A stretch of 64,000 bases of DNA, from NCBI GenBank assembly GCA_951406725.2, contig OX597836.1, positions 27,404,001 through 27,468,000 on the forward strand. The letters run 5' to 3'. How positions within the stretch are numbered: position 1 is the stretch's first letter; each line of letters opens with the position of its first letter. A program made the position numbers and the translations under genes. Shown here one piece after another: positions 1 through 52,685 of the stretch. The notes beneath the pieces are model-generated. The model made no database searches, had not been told where the DNA came from, and worked only from the letters and a program-made list of their open reading frames with translations. The stretch comes from Octopus vulgaris. Lineage: Eukaryota.

Positions 1-413
1 AAACAAGAAAGCTTGTTATTTCGTTGTAGGCCATAAAAAATTGAGATCTTCGAACAAACTTCCACATGATCACCACCTGTGTTTTTTATTCAGGCATTCT
101 TAAAACTAATTAAAATGGTTTTGGTACGTAATATGGCGGATTTCAGGTTTCAGGAATGCAATGGTGTGTAGCGAAATTTATTGGCTTTAAATTGTGTGAC
201 TTTTATTTTTAAGCTGGGAATAGCATTGGGGTACTCATTTAGGCTAGATGTACAGGTTTTCTCATGGCATAATATGTGAGGGGTGTAGCATACACACATA
301 TGTACGCATACATATTCACACACATATGAACACGCTGATGAATAAAACAAAGCAATACGGTGGAGTTTACCTACAGACATATAAGTATATATACATATAC
401 AGATATACACTTA

Positions 414-451
<38 letters not shown>

Positions 452-452
<1 letters not shown>

Positions 453-1178
453 TAGCATTAAAGACCCGTCGTTGCCGGGTCATAGTGCTAGTGCATATAT
501 ATATATATATATGTGTGTGTATATATATGTGTACATATTACATGTACATCTATATATATATACATCTACACATAAAATGCAAAATACAAAGTTATATCTT
601 GATATCGCTAGTGATAACAATACTCAAAATATATAACAGACTGGAAGTGTTAACTCTTCTTTTTTTCTCTACATTGTATACTTTATAGACAATAGTCTTT
701 TCTTTAATTTAATTTTTTATTATCCATCTGGACTATTCCATTTCTGCACGCTAATTTTATTTTTAATTTAATTCCCATTCATGTGAAACCACTTATTCAA
801 GTTCAAATCATTGATGCAATTTTATACCAATTGCTATTTTTACTTATATTATACTTTAGTTTGATTTTAATTATTACTTACTACATATAATTCAATTGTT
901 ATTATTATTTTTATTGTTAAAGTGAAAGCATCTGACATAAAATAGAGAAATATTTTTGTTTTACCTTTAACACGTAATACTGAAATAGTGGAGAATATAT
1001 GATATTGCTATGGGCCCGCTCTAGACAAGAAGTTGAACATTTCTTTTGCCCATGAAACTACATGGACTCTAAGTAAGGCATGTGTAAAATTTGAATGAAA
1101 TTGGTTGTGTAGTTCTCAAGTTTTAGGAAAACACACAGACAGACAGACAGACACACATTCTCAGTTTTATATATATAA

Positions 1179-1181
<3 letters not shown>
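452..1181 (-). mobile_element. Non-autonomous Helitron (Lep1-like, with (CTGT)n microsatellite near its 5' end)
   Basis: On the minus strand it starts A|TC TTTATATATATAAAA...(tgtc)n and ends with a GC hairpin (gacccg-N7-cgggtc, 463-481) followed by CTAG|T at 452-455. Inserted in (AT)n. Confidence 0.7.
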
Positions 1182-1229
<48 letters not shown>

Positions 1230-1237
1230 CACATACA

Positions 1238-1287
<50 letters not shown>

Positions 1288-1289
<2 letters not shown>

Positions 1290-1406
1290 CCTGCTCGCTT
1301 AGCCAGCGGGATGGCGTCGTTCGAAGGCTAAAACAATGCGAACGCATTGTGACCAGCGATGTGTAGCAACATCTGATGGTCTGGTCGGTCACGTGACGTC
1401 ACGTGA
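1288..1406 (+). mobile_element. Short retroposon 3'-end fragment (second copy about 5853-5970)
   Basis: Two similar copies of ggcctgctcgcttagccagcggg...gatgtgtagcaacatctgat..tctggtc, each ending in a short tandem tail and lying in (AT)n. Confidence 0.55.
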
Positions 1407-2105
1407 TATATATATATTTGAACTACTGAACGAATGGTGATGAATCTAATCATTCTTGTTACTATGGTTGTTTATCACTTTGATAATCTTAACCTGACAT
1501 ACTTATAAGTAAAAGACATTCCAACTATGACCATTGCATCGTTTTTTTAGAACTACTTAAAATTACATTATTTAATATGTCCTTTATTTTGATATGTGAC
1601 TTGAAGTAGATTTGGCTGCTATTTCTAGGAGGTTTAGCAATCCCTGACGAAGAACGACAGCTTGTTGGTGCCTAAATCAAATATTTAACTCCATGTTTTA
1701 ATGCTTTTTGCCAACTCATGCAGTACACTATAAACAAAAATACAACAAAACAAAACAAAAAGACAAAACAGTAACAACAAACAAACAAAAAATAACAAAC
1801 AGAAACCTTCCAACATTTCTCCAAAGATGGCCACATGTGTGGTCGAAAATTAAATCGTTTTCCTCTCAGCATTGAACATTTAATGCACGCAACTCTAATT
1901 ACTACGGGGAGGAGGTATCAGAAAATCTCAAACACTATTAAATTGGTAAACAGACCAGCTAGTCGTGAATTAAACGTAAAAAATATATAATTAAATAAAG
2001 TTAACACCAATTATACTCTAAGTATTTATGTAAGGACTACGCAGGCATGCTTATTTCTTTGTTTAAAACCATATGTATATGTATGCATATGTGCATATAT
2101 ATACA

Positions 2106-2136
<31 letters not shown>

Positions 2137-2346
2137 GCGTGCGTGCGTGCGTGTGTGAGTGTGTGTGTGTGTGAGTGTGTAGTCTATTAGTCTAATGGCT
2201 CTATATATCCTGGGTTTCATGCCAGCTTTTTCTATTCGAGTGCATGTGTACGTGTGTATGGTTCTGCATTTATGTATACGCCTATGAGAGCGTTTGTACG
2301 AACATGTATACGTGTATGTATTGTGTACATGTGTATGTATGTATGT

Positions 2347-2417
<71 letters not shown>

Positions 2418-2624
2418 AAATATATATAAATGTGTGCGTGTATGTGTATGGTAATTAGTCCAGCTATTCCATATCCTAGGTTGTCTGCCAACTCATTCGT
2501 CTGTCTATTTACTTGTATACTTAACGTTCTCTCTTTCTCTCTTCCCCTCTATCTCTCTCTCCTTCCCATGCTGCTCTGTCAACCTTTCCCCCTCTATATC
2601 GTACCCCTTCTCCCATTATATATC

Positions 2625-2665
<41 letters not shown>

Positions 2666-2753
2666 CTTCCTACGGTTTCTTTCTCTGCGGTTCACTTTAT
2701 TCTGTCTCTGTCAGACAGTCAGGCTTTTGAAGGGAGATAAATGCAAAAAAGAA

Positions 2754-2785
2754 TTAGTTTAAAAGACAAAAACCGTTGACGTCTT
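2754..2785 (-). CDS. Candidate non-canonical terminal exon of the calmodulin-like gene (E-DVNGFCLLN-stop)
   Basis: Pyrimidine tract, then ctgat, then ttttctag|AA GAC GTC AAC GGT TTT TGT CTT TTA AAC TAA. Completes Glu140 in the required phase; AATAAA at 2696-2701 (minus). No similarity to canonical EFVTMMTSK, so speculative. Confidence 0.25.
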
Positions 2786-3225
2786 CTAGAAAAGTAATCA
2801 GGAAAACGAGGAAAGGGGAAAAGGGATAAAAATGGAGAGACCGGGAAACTTGAGACTGATGAATGTGTATGTATGTATGTATGTATGTATGTATGTATGT
2901 ATGTATGTATGTATGTATGCATGCGTGTATACGCATGTGTATATGCGTGTATGTATGCATGTATGCATGTATGTATGTACGTATCTATGAGTGTATATGT
3001 ATGTATGCATGTATGTATGTATGTCTGTATGTATGTGTATACGCATGTATATGTATGCATGTATGTATGTCTATGTGTGTATGAGTGTATGTATGTGTAG
3101 CTATGTGTATGTGTGTGTATGTGTGTATGTATGTGTATGAGTATGTGTACATGCATGTTTGTATGTATGTATGTGAATGTGTGTATGCGTGAATGTGTGT
3201 TTGTATGTATATATGTATATATGTG

Positions 3226-3259
<34 letters not shown>

Positions 3260-3544
3260 TGTAGGTATGCATGCATGTATGTATGTATATATGTATGTAT
3301 TCGTGCGTGTCTGTATGCATATATGTGTGTATGTATGCTTATATGTGCATGTATATATATATATACATATAGGTTATAAAATGAGATAGGGGTTGAAAAA
3401 TTCAGCCCACCATGGGATAACATATATCCAATATACTGCTAGATAGGTACCCAACAAGACTAATACATAGATGTTAAAAGTTGCCAAGCAATTAGTTCAT
3501 CTATTGTATTATATGGGCAAAGGTAATAATATTACCGTAAATTA

Positions 3545-3912
3545 ATACTACAAAATTAGAAAATGGAGAAACATACTTAAATCAATAAAACATCAACTAT
3601 CAGATGATACCCAATCAATACTTTATTACACCATTACATATCAGTAAAGGCATTATACAAAATATAAAGTAAATATAAATAGACAAGGAAATAGAAATAT
3701 AAAATATAAAATATAAAATATAATATGTAATTATAATTACATATTATATTTTATATTTTATATTTCTATTTCCTTGTCTATTTATATTTACTTTATATTT
3801 TGTATAATGCCTTTACTGATATGTAATGGTGTAATAAAGTATTGATTGGGTATCATCTGATAGTTGATGTTTTATTGATTTAAGTATGTTTCTCCATTTT
3901 CTAATTTTGTAG

Positions 3913-3915
<3 letters not shown>
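3545..3915. repeat. Long near-perfect palindrome with no spacer (arms 189/182 bp)
   Basis: 3545-3733 is the reverse complement of 3734-3915 around gtaattataattac. The only difference I see is one extra aaaatat unit in the left arm. Confidence 0.92.
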
Positions 3916-3976
<61 letters not shown>

Positions 3977-4302
3977 CACGTATGCGTGTTTATGTATGTA
4001 TATATGTAGACATAATAATACGTGTGTGTTTGTCTGCCTGGTGTAGCTACCCATACGCATATAATCCTTCCTATAATAGGTATAAAACCGAGATTGGTGG
4101 GGCGGGGGCGGGGCAGAAGAGGGGCTAGGACGTTTCATCAACCCCAGCGTTCGACTGGTACTTACTTTATCAACTCCGAAAAGATGACAGTCATAGTCGA
4201 TATCGGTGAAATTTGAACCCAGAAGGTAACGCCAGAAAACATGTCACTTCACTAAGAACTTTGTCTCGAGTGCTAACGACTCTGCCGGCTGATCGCCTTA
4301 AA

Positions 4303-4361
<59 letters not shown>

Positions 4362-5328
4362 GCGCACATACACACACACACACACAAACACGCACACACA
4401 CACGCACACACACACGCACACACACAAACACACACACACACTTTTAATCATATATATGTAGTGACAGAGACATATAAAGATAGGTATATAGAGAGATCGT
4501 TGGACAGTTGTTTGGAAGGGTAAATAAGTAGGATTACTGACGAACAAACATAAACTATATACAAAAATAGGTAGATAGATAGGTAGAGAGAGAGGGAGAG
4601 AGAGAGAAAGAGAAAGAGAGAGAGAGGGGAGAGATAGAAGGAGAGAGAGGGAAAGGGAGGGGGAGATAGAGGAGGAGAGAGATGACACACAAGTTAAAAT
4701 GTAAAACAAAAAAAACCGAAGAGATGACGTACGAAACCAGTGGTACGAGCTTTAACAAGCAATTAAGTATACATGTGTGTGAATAAGGAAATGAGTTTGA
4801 ATATCTATATGCAAGTGTGTATGTCTATGTATGTGTGTAGGTGTGTGTACGTGTCTGTGCACGTAAATATACGTGTGTATGCGCATGCGTGAGTTTGAGC
4901 TGTGAGTGAGGTTGCGATGAGGATATGAAACAATGACAAAATCACGTGTCTTCACGAAACTTGTGATAAATGCTTCTCGTAGCTCTTACCAACCACACAG
5001 CCACGTCTATTAGCTATTAGCATTAGAAGCAGCCTTTATAGCGAATATTAATTAGCGCAGCCAACCAAACTTACATGTTGTTTAGAACGCCTTAGACTGT
5101 GGTAAACGACGCGAGAAATCATATCGTGTAGACAACAGTATGGATCAATCTGAGTTGAGTGGTGGTGGTTGTAGTTACAGGAGTACTGTGTAGTGGTGGT
5201 GGTCTAGAATGTTATTTGGAGTGAGAAATACTGTAATTGGAGCAATAGGTTGTATTGCGAAATGGCTGAGCCGAGAAATGGCAAAGGCGTTTGCGATATG
5301 ATGATATACACTTTGTCACAGAGAATCA

Positions 5329-44453
<39,125 letters not shown>

Positions 44454-44541
44454 CTGAAATAAAAAGTAAGTAAATATAAGTACAATATAGAGAATTTTAA
44501 ATAGAACTTGACATTCATTTAACACAAAAGATATACACATA

Positions 44542-44771
44542 GGCGGCGAGCTGGCAGAATCGTTAGCACGCCGGGTGAAATGCGTAGCCGTATTTCGTCT
44601 GCCGTTACGTTCTGCGTTCAAATTCCGCCGAGGTCAACTTTGCCTTTCATCCTTTCGGGGTCGATAAATAAAGTATCGGTTACGCACTGGGGTCGATGTA
44701 ATCGACTTAATCCCTTTGTCTGTCTTTGTTTGTCCCCTCTATGTTTAGCCCCTTGTGGGCAATAAAGAAAT
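44542..44771 (+). mobile_element. SINE family A, full length, about 90 bp from the acceptor of the 43-bp exon
   Basis: Aligns end to end with the 40781-41010 copy. Confidence 0.88.
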
Positions 44772-45916
44772 ATATATATATACTTACAAGGTGAGCAAAG
44801 TGTACGTACGTCGCTGTATGTATGTATAAATATAAACAATGGAACAAAAGCGCAATAGAGGACAATAAAACATCCGGACAGATAGACGATACAAGGCGGA
44901 CATGAAAGACAAAAATTTGAAGGATAGGAAAAGAAAAAGGACGGGGCATTCGTGGCATTCGTGGCCCGTATCCTTCTCTCTTCCTTCCATGTGACCGGTG
45001 TTCGGCCATGATCTTTCTTGGCCTGACTGCTGACCACTAACATCTCTTACGTCCATCACCTATGTTCCTCCCTTAAGGCTTTCACTTCATTCACACCAGC
45101 TCAATTTGATTCTTCCTCTGTCGAAAGACACCTGTTGTTATATTCTTGTTGTTTGCATTTGTAATTGTGTACCATGTTCTCCGTTTTTCGACTTTGTTGT
45201 CGTACACATTTGTTTGCTTTCTTACAAAAATCTAATGCTTAGACTTTTTTTTTGGGGGGGGGCAACCAGATTGAGCTTTTAGCAGATCCCCAATTGGGGC
45301 TCATGGCAAGCAATGGGTTAAAGGCTTCGTAGTCACCAGAAAATTCCCTATAATAACCATAATACTACGCCATTAAAACTTGAGATATTTTAACAAGACA
45401 GCTTAATAGTTCAAACGCGCTAAACTGGCTCAACGAACGTATCAATAGACGTAAGTTCGATTTTTTTTGTTTATTTATATATGTATGTATTTACTTATTC
45501 AGCTCTTGGTTATATCAAGTCTGTTTAACATTAAGTCTTCTTGAAGAATTATCCTTCTTCTTAAGATCTTTTCCAGATAATGTGAGGTGACGGTATTTTT
45601 GGTAACAACGAGAGAAAGAGAGAGTGGAAGGGGCGCCAGAAACGACGTCCTTAGCGAAAAATAGATCGTTGCGCAGCGGCGGCGGCGGCGGTGGTGGTGA
45701 TGATGGTGGGTCGAAGGAGAAGAAAGAAAGGAAACGAGGAAGGAAGAAAGGAGAGAGAAAGGAGAAAACGGAATAACGAAAGAAAGAAATGAAGAAGAGA
45801 GCGTGTCAGTTCTTCCAGCAATGGACGGCATGATTCCATTGACAGAGATAATAGGTATTAGAATTGAACTCTTGCAATTAATAGATTTGAAAAAGGGAAG
45901 CCAGGCGTATGCGCAC

Positions 45917-45963
<47 letters not shown>

Positions 45964-45999
45964 CGTATATATAGCAATAATAAATCTGTGTATGTATGT

Positions 46000-46100
<101 letters not shown>

Positions 46101-46197
46101 TACATATATATATATTTATATATATATATAATCTATACAGTTAAGCACACATACAAGCGCATGTATACACACATATATAACATAAAATTATAATGTG

Positions 46198-46241
<44 letters not shown>

Positions 46242-46267
46242 TGAACTTGTATAAATATGTCTATCAT

Positions 46268-46405
<138 letters not shown>

Positions 46406-46413
46406 TATATATA

Positions 46414-46507
<94 letters not shown>

Positions 46508-46933
46508 CACACATATATATATATATATATTATATATACATACATACCCATACGTACACTTACACACGCACATACACATTATATTGTATTATATATAATA
46601 TACATGTATGTGTGTGTGTGTCTGTGTGTATTGAGAAGTAACGTCAATAGAAGAAAAAAAAAACTCTGCAGAACATTAGCAAATGAGACGATTGTGAGTG
46701 GAATGTACGAGCAAGGGAGCGGAGGGTGGCTGGGACTGTACAGTGGTTGTGTTGGCGGCGGTGGGGGAGCAGATTACATTACTTGGTGATATGCTACTGG
46801 CAGGTGCAGTGGTGGTGGTGGTGGTGGAGGTGGTAGCACGGCGGTGTTAATGTTGTGGCATTAACAACATGGTGGCGATGCTGGTGCTGGTGGTGGCGGG
46901 AAATTTGCGGTCGTGTGGTATTAGGAACCTGTG

Positions 46934-47398
46934 AAGTCGGCGAGCTGGCAGAAACGTTAGCACGCCGGGCGAAATGCTTAGCACTATTTCGCCTGTCTTT
47001 ACGTTCTGAGTTCAAACTCCGCCGAGGTCGACTTTGCCATTCATCCTTTCGGGTTCGATAAATTAAGTACCAGTTACGCACTGGGGTCGATGTAATTGAC
47101 TTAATCCCTTTGTCTGTCCTTGTTTGCCCCCTCTATGTTTAGCCCCTTGTGGGCAATAAATTTAAAAGGCGGCGAGCTGGCAGAATCGTTAGCACGCCGG
47201 GCGAAATGCGTAGCCGTATTTTGTCTGCCGTTACGTTCTGAGTTCAAATTCCACCGAGGTCGACTTTGTCTTTCATCGTTTCAGGGTTGATAAATTAAGT
47301 ATCAGTTACGCGCTGGGGTCGATGTAATCGACTTAATCCCTTTGACTGTCCTTGTTTGTCCCCTCTGTGTTTAGCCCCTTGTGGGTAGTAAAGAAATC
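46934..47398 (+). mobile_element. Tandem dimer of SINE family A flanked by a 17-bp target-site duplication
   Basis: ggtattaggaacctgtg at 46917-46933 and 47399-47415 brackets two complete units (about 46938-47160 and 47168-47398). Confidence 0.9.
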
Positions 47399-47975
47399 GG
47401 TATTAGGAACCTGTGGTGGTTGTGGTGGTGGTGTTGACGGTATCACTATTTCATTTACACACAACAGATTAGACTTTTGGAAGAAAATTCCTAACATCGG
47501 GCCACAACAAGTAAAGTTACATGCCAAGAACCTTCCTAAGTATCCTAGCTGTTCCTAATAATACCATTTTCTGGAGCTGCACTAAATTAGGTTTTTTATT
47601 CCCGTTTCCTTTCTATATCTGTTCAAATATTTAGAAAGAGTTCCCAATGCACCTACAACTACAGGTGTACATTTTACCCGCACTTTCCGTAGTATCTCTA
47701 ACGCAAATGACTAGATTCTGGTACGTTGTTGTTTTGTTCATTACCTCCCATATTGACCTCGTCATCATTTGGGGCTGTAGAGTCAACTAACTGGCTTCGC
47801 TTAGGTATAGCGATGCAAACAACCAAGGGTCAGAACTCAAGATACAATATGCTTAAGAAAAGAAAGCGTCATTCGACTACAGATCTCGAATTATCGTAAT
47901 AGTAATCCTTCCTATAACAGCTGCGCCTCGTATTTGGGATGGATGCGTGAATGTAATTTGAGTCCAGGCATGACC

Positions 47976-48024
<49 letters not shown>

Positions 48025-48394
48025 TTATAATAGTAGTAGTAGTAGTAATAGTTGTAGTAGTAGTAGTAATAATAATACTAATAGTAATAGTAGTAGCAAT
48101 AATAATAGTAGTAGTAGTAGTAGTAGTAATAATAATAGTAGTAGTAGTAGTAATAATTTATTTCTTTATTACCCACAAGGGGCTATACATAGAGGGGACA
48201 AGCAAAGACAAACAAAGGGATTAAACTGATTACATCGACCCCAGTGCATAACTAGTACTTATTTAATCGACCCCGAAACGATGAAAGGCGAAGTCGACCT
48301 CTGCAGAATTTGAACACAGGACGAAAAGACAGACAAAATACCGTTCAGCATTTCGCCCGATATGCTAATGTTTCAACCAGCTCGCCGCTCTGTC

Positions 48395-48535
<141 letters not shown>

Positions 48536-48550
48536 AAGAAAAAGAAGAAG

Positions 48551-48667
48551 AAAATACTTGTAGACTAATAGATGTATGTGTTCCTACTGATAAGAATATA
48601 TCTGTAAAGGATTATGACAAATTAAGTAAAATATAAGGACCTGGAAATTGAAATACAAAAGATGTGA
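48551..48667 (+). mobile_element. R4/Dong-like RLE fragment
   Basis: NTCRLIDVCVPTDKNISVKDYDKLSK/YKDLEIEIQKM*, clearly homologous to 12140-12257; follows (AAT)n(AAG)n. Confidence 0.8.
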
Positions 48668-48670
48668 CCA

Positions 48671-49085
48671 GGCGCAGGAATGGCTGTGTGGTAAGTAGCT
48701 TGCTAACCAACCACATGGTTCCGGGTTCAGTCCCACTGCGTGGCATCTTGGGCAAGTGTCTTCTGCTATAGCCCCGGGCCGACCAATGCCTTGTGAGTGG
48801 ATTTGGTAGACGGAAACTGAAAGAAGCCTGTCGTATATATGTATATATATATATATGTGTGTGTTTGTGTGTCTGTGGTTGTCCCCCTAGCATCGCTTGA
48901 CAACCGATGCTGGTGTGTTTACGTCCCCGTCACTTAGCGGTTCGGCAAAAAACAGACCGATAGAATAAGTACAAGGCTTACAAAGAATAAGTCCCGGGGT
49001 CGAGTTGCTCGATTAAAGGCGGTGCTCCAGCATGGCCGCAGTCAAATGACTGAAACAAGTAAATGAGAAAATGAGAAATGAGAAA
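48671..49085 (+). mobile_element. SINE family B, full length
   Basis: Complete head, body, (TA)n and ggcggtgctccagcatggccgcagtcaaatgactgaaacaagt tail. Confidence 0.9.
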
Positions 49086-49603
49086 TAACCAGTTGAGCAT
49101 GTCCTTTAGTGGCTGACGATATGTGCATCTCTGATTACGAGCAGATGTAGTGGGGGAGCATCAGAGCCAAGTGTTGAGGGGAAATCCTTTGGGGTTTGGA
49201 TAATTCATCTTTGGAAACATGGGCGTTTCGTTCAACATCCTTAAACAACCCTTATTCAGGGACCTTTTGAGAGGGATGTGCTACTCGACCTGAAGAAGAT
49301 TTTAATTGGGGCCCCACCTGCAAGGTCATGCGCTGTTTATCTTGATATCAGATCACCATGTGCGCAAATATGGTTGTGATGCATGTGCTTGGTGTACCCT
49401 TATCAGACGGGTAGTGATGACGGGAATACTGGGTTTCATATATTTTACCCCAGTGTCACTTTGATGGCATGCACTGCTTTCTCACTCAATAATAATAATA
49501 ATGATGATGATGATGATGATGATAATAATAGTAATAATAATAATAATAATAACAAATAATAAAAATAATAATAATAATAATAATAACAACAATAATAATA
49601 ATG

Positions 49604-49647
<44 letters not shown>

Positions 49648-49675
49648 TATAAAAATAATAATAATGATAATAATG

Positions 49676-49788
<113 letters not shown>

Positions 49789-49882
49789 TTAAAAACAATA
49801 ACACCTGAGCTAGCTGAACTGGAAATACCTGTGGCTAAGTGATGAATGAAGCTAAACCACAATGTACACACACGCACGCACG

Positions 49883-49951
<69 letters not shown>

Positions 49952-50618
49952 CAAACACATACACAGACACACGCATGCACACACAAACACACACAAATAC
50001 AAGCTCACATACCACCACGTCCGAATACAGATACCTTGAAGGCGCAAACACACAATTATGCACACACACACACACAAACACCCATACACACACACAAACA
50101 GAGATACTTCTATATATATATATACACAAACACTGACACTTAAACACGTGCACAGATACACACACAAAGACTTAGACTGTCAAATACACACACACGCGCG
50201 CATGCACACATATACACCCACCCACACGACAAACATACATACTCATACACACACTGTCACAGACGGTCGATGGTGGAACCTGTTTGAATGTCAAGATGAC
50301 ATCTTTGTCACTCTTGCTTTCTCTCTCTCACTCCCTCCGCCTTTCTCTCACTCCTTTTTCTCCTACTCTCTACGTCAACCCTTCATCACTGTATATTCCA
50401 CCTCTTCACACACCACGCTGTTTCATTATATTTGAAATCAAACCATATAATGAGATGTGGAGATGAATGGTGTTGAGACAAATTGTCCACTGCACCGTAC
50501 AATCCTGTCCACTTATACGAAATATGCACATGTCAGTTAAATGAACTGTTAAGTTGGTGGATAACAGATAAAGATCTGTGTATTTGAATACATACATACA
50601 TAACTACATACATACATA

Positions 50619-50773
<155 letters not shown>

Positions 50774-50811
50774 GTGTGTTTATTTGCACACCCACGCACA
50801 CGCACATATAT

Positions 50812-50857
<46 letters not shown>

Positions 50858-52084
50858 ATGTATATATATATATGTATATATATATATATACACACATATA
50901 TAAATACATACACACACATATACATGCATATATTTATTAAAAAAATACGCACATTCGCATACGTATATGTATATATTAATATTTATTAAAGCGAAAGGGT
51001 TTATACGCATAGGCGCAGTCATGACTGTGTGGTAAGAAATTCGCTTCCCAACCACACAGGTCCGGGCTCAGTTCCACTTCATGGCACCATGGGAAAGAGT
51101 CTTCTACAAATCTACTCGTAAGGTTGTGGTCAGTTCCAGTGTTGACCAAAAAACTTGAGTGAATTTGATAGATGGAAACTGAAAGAAGTCTGTCGTATAC
51201 AATGTGTGTATGTGTGCGCGTTTGTATGTGTGTGTGTGTGTGTGTGTCTATGTGTTTGTGTGTGTGTTTGTCACCCACCACCTTTTGGCAACCGGTGTTG
51301 GTGCGTTTATGTCCTCATAATTTAGCGAGACTTAAAAAAAAGAAAAATCTACTGGTATCGTTTCGGTCGACTAAAAACCATTGAAAGCGGTGCTCCAGCA
51401 TGGCCGCAGTCGAATGACTGATACAAATAGAAGATAAAAGATATATATATATATATATATCTACATGCATACATATATATATATATACATACATACATAC
51501 ACACACACACATGTATATATGCTGTCTTATTTTGTTACATGTTTCAGCTTTAAGTCTGTGGTCATTTTGGGGCATATATATATAACCCCGTTGTATGCAA
51601 CAGGAGCAGTATTAGATTAAAATAGCCATCTGTGTATCATACTTTATGTAAATACATTGTGTAAAGCACACACAGTATGGATACACACAATACATAAACA
51701 ACATATATACAAATACATGCACAGAGCTATAGAATGGCATCAACTTATTTAAGCAAAAGTATATGTTGATGATTAAATGATAATTATGACTATTTCGTTT
51801 TATTTAATTACAAATGAAATCATTAAAGAATAAAATAGATTTCTTTTTATTACTAAATGATTCATGTTTAAACACAAAAATATTAATTATTAAAAACGCA
51901 ATTGTTTACAGCACTAATAAGGAGACGAAAATGAATGTCTGCTTAATTAATATTTTAAACAATATTGTTGAGCAAATATTCTAATTGTTATAAATACAAG
52001 CTTGTTACCACGTCGAATAGACTTGAGGTATATTCGAACCTGCATGAAAGGCATTCACTGTATTTTGTCACGGATAAAATTTCT

Positions 52085-52685
52085 CGCTATTGACAAATAC
52101 GTATAAATACACAGAGTCAGCTTACAGCGCTGCCTAACCAAACTTTAGAATGCATTCATTTCGGAATGGATATATCTCCTTTTCAGCCATGGAGAGTGGA
52201 AAGGGAGATGCTGTGAACTGACATGAGAGACAGGTCTGTCTTATGATATTCTCATCATCGTTCAGTGATTGGTTGCGCTATTCAGCAGCTTGCTGTCAAT
52301 GAGATTCAGTGTGACAGTGCTAAGCCAGTGATGTGTATAAAATACAAACTTGTTACTAATTCAGATCTGCTTGAGGCAATATTCAAAACCATAGGGAAGC
52401 TATTCGCAGTGTATTTTTGTCTTGGCGAGAAATTCTTACTGTTGGCAAATTGGTGTAAATATACCAAGTCAGCTCACAGTGTCACCTAACCAGACCGTGG
52501 GATGCATACATTTTGGAGTGATTATATCCTCTTCAGCAGCGGTGATCAGAAAGGTAGACATTGCGAACTGACACGAGAGACAGGTTCCTCCTATGATATT
52601 CTAATCATCGTTCAATGATTGGTTGAACTATTCAGCGGCTCACCGTAATTAAAATACAGGGTGTATTCAAAGTTAAACCAGTGGA
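52085..52685. repeat. Diverged tandem duplication, period about 350 bp, each unit with a CCAAT box
   Basis: gaactgaca.gagagacagg at about 52215 and 52565; tgattggtt at 52266 and 52616; agtcagct.acag...cctaacca at about 52115 and 52467. Confidence 0.85.

Noticed and set aside
1389-1406. 18-bp perfect palindrome TCACGTGACGTCACGTGA (E-box/CLEAR + CRE)
   Set aside because: It is generated by the tandem tail of a retroposon fragment; the second copy near 5960 lacks it, and it lies 3' of the located exons.
45491-45720. GC-richer island with possible donor (GAATAA|gtaaat) as first exon of the calmodulin-like gene
   Set aside because: In the phase needed to join the 43-bp exon it ends in a TAA stop and supplies no in-frame ATG; at most a non-coding exon.
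47555-47575. aaaATG|gtatta as the ATG-only first exon (similar weak candidates near 45170, 54900, 60990)
   Set aside because: The donors are weak and several candidates are equally plausible; they cannot be chosen between without transcripts.
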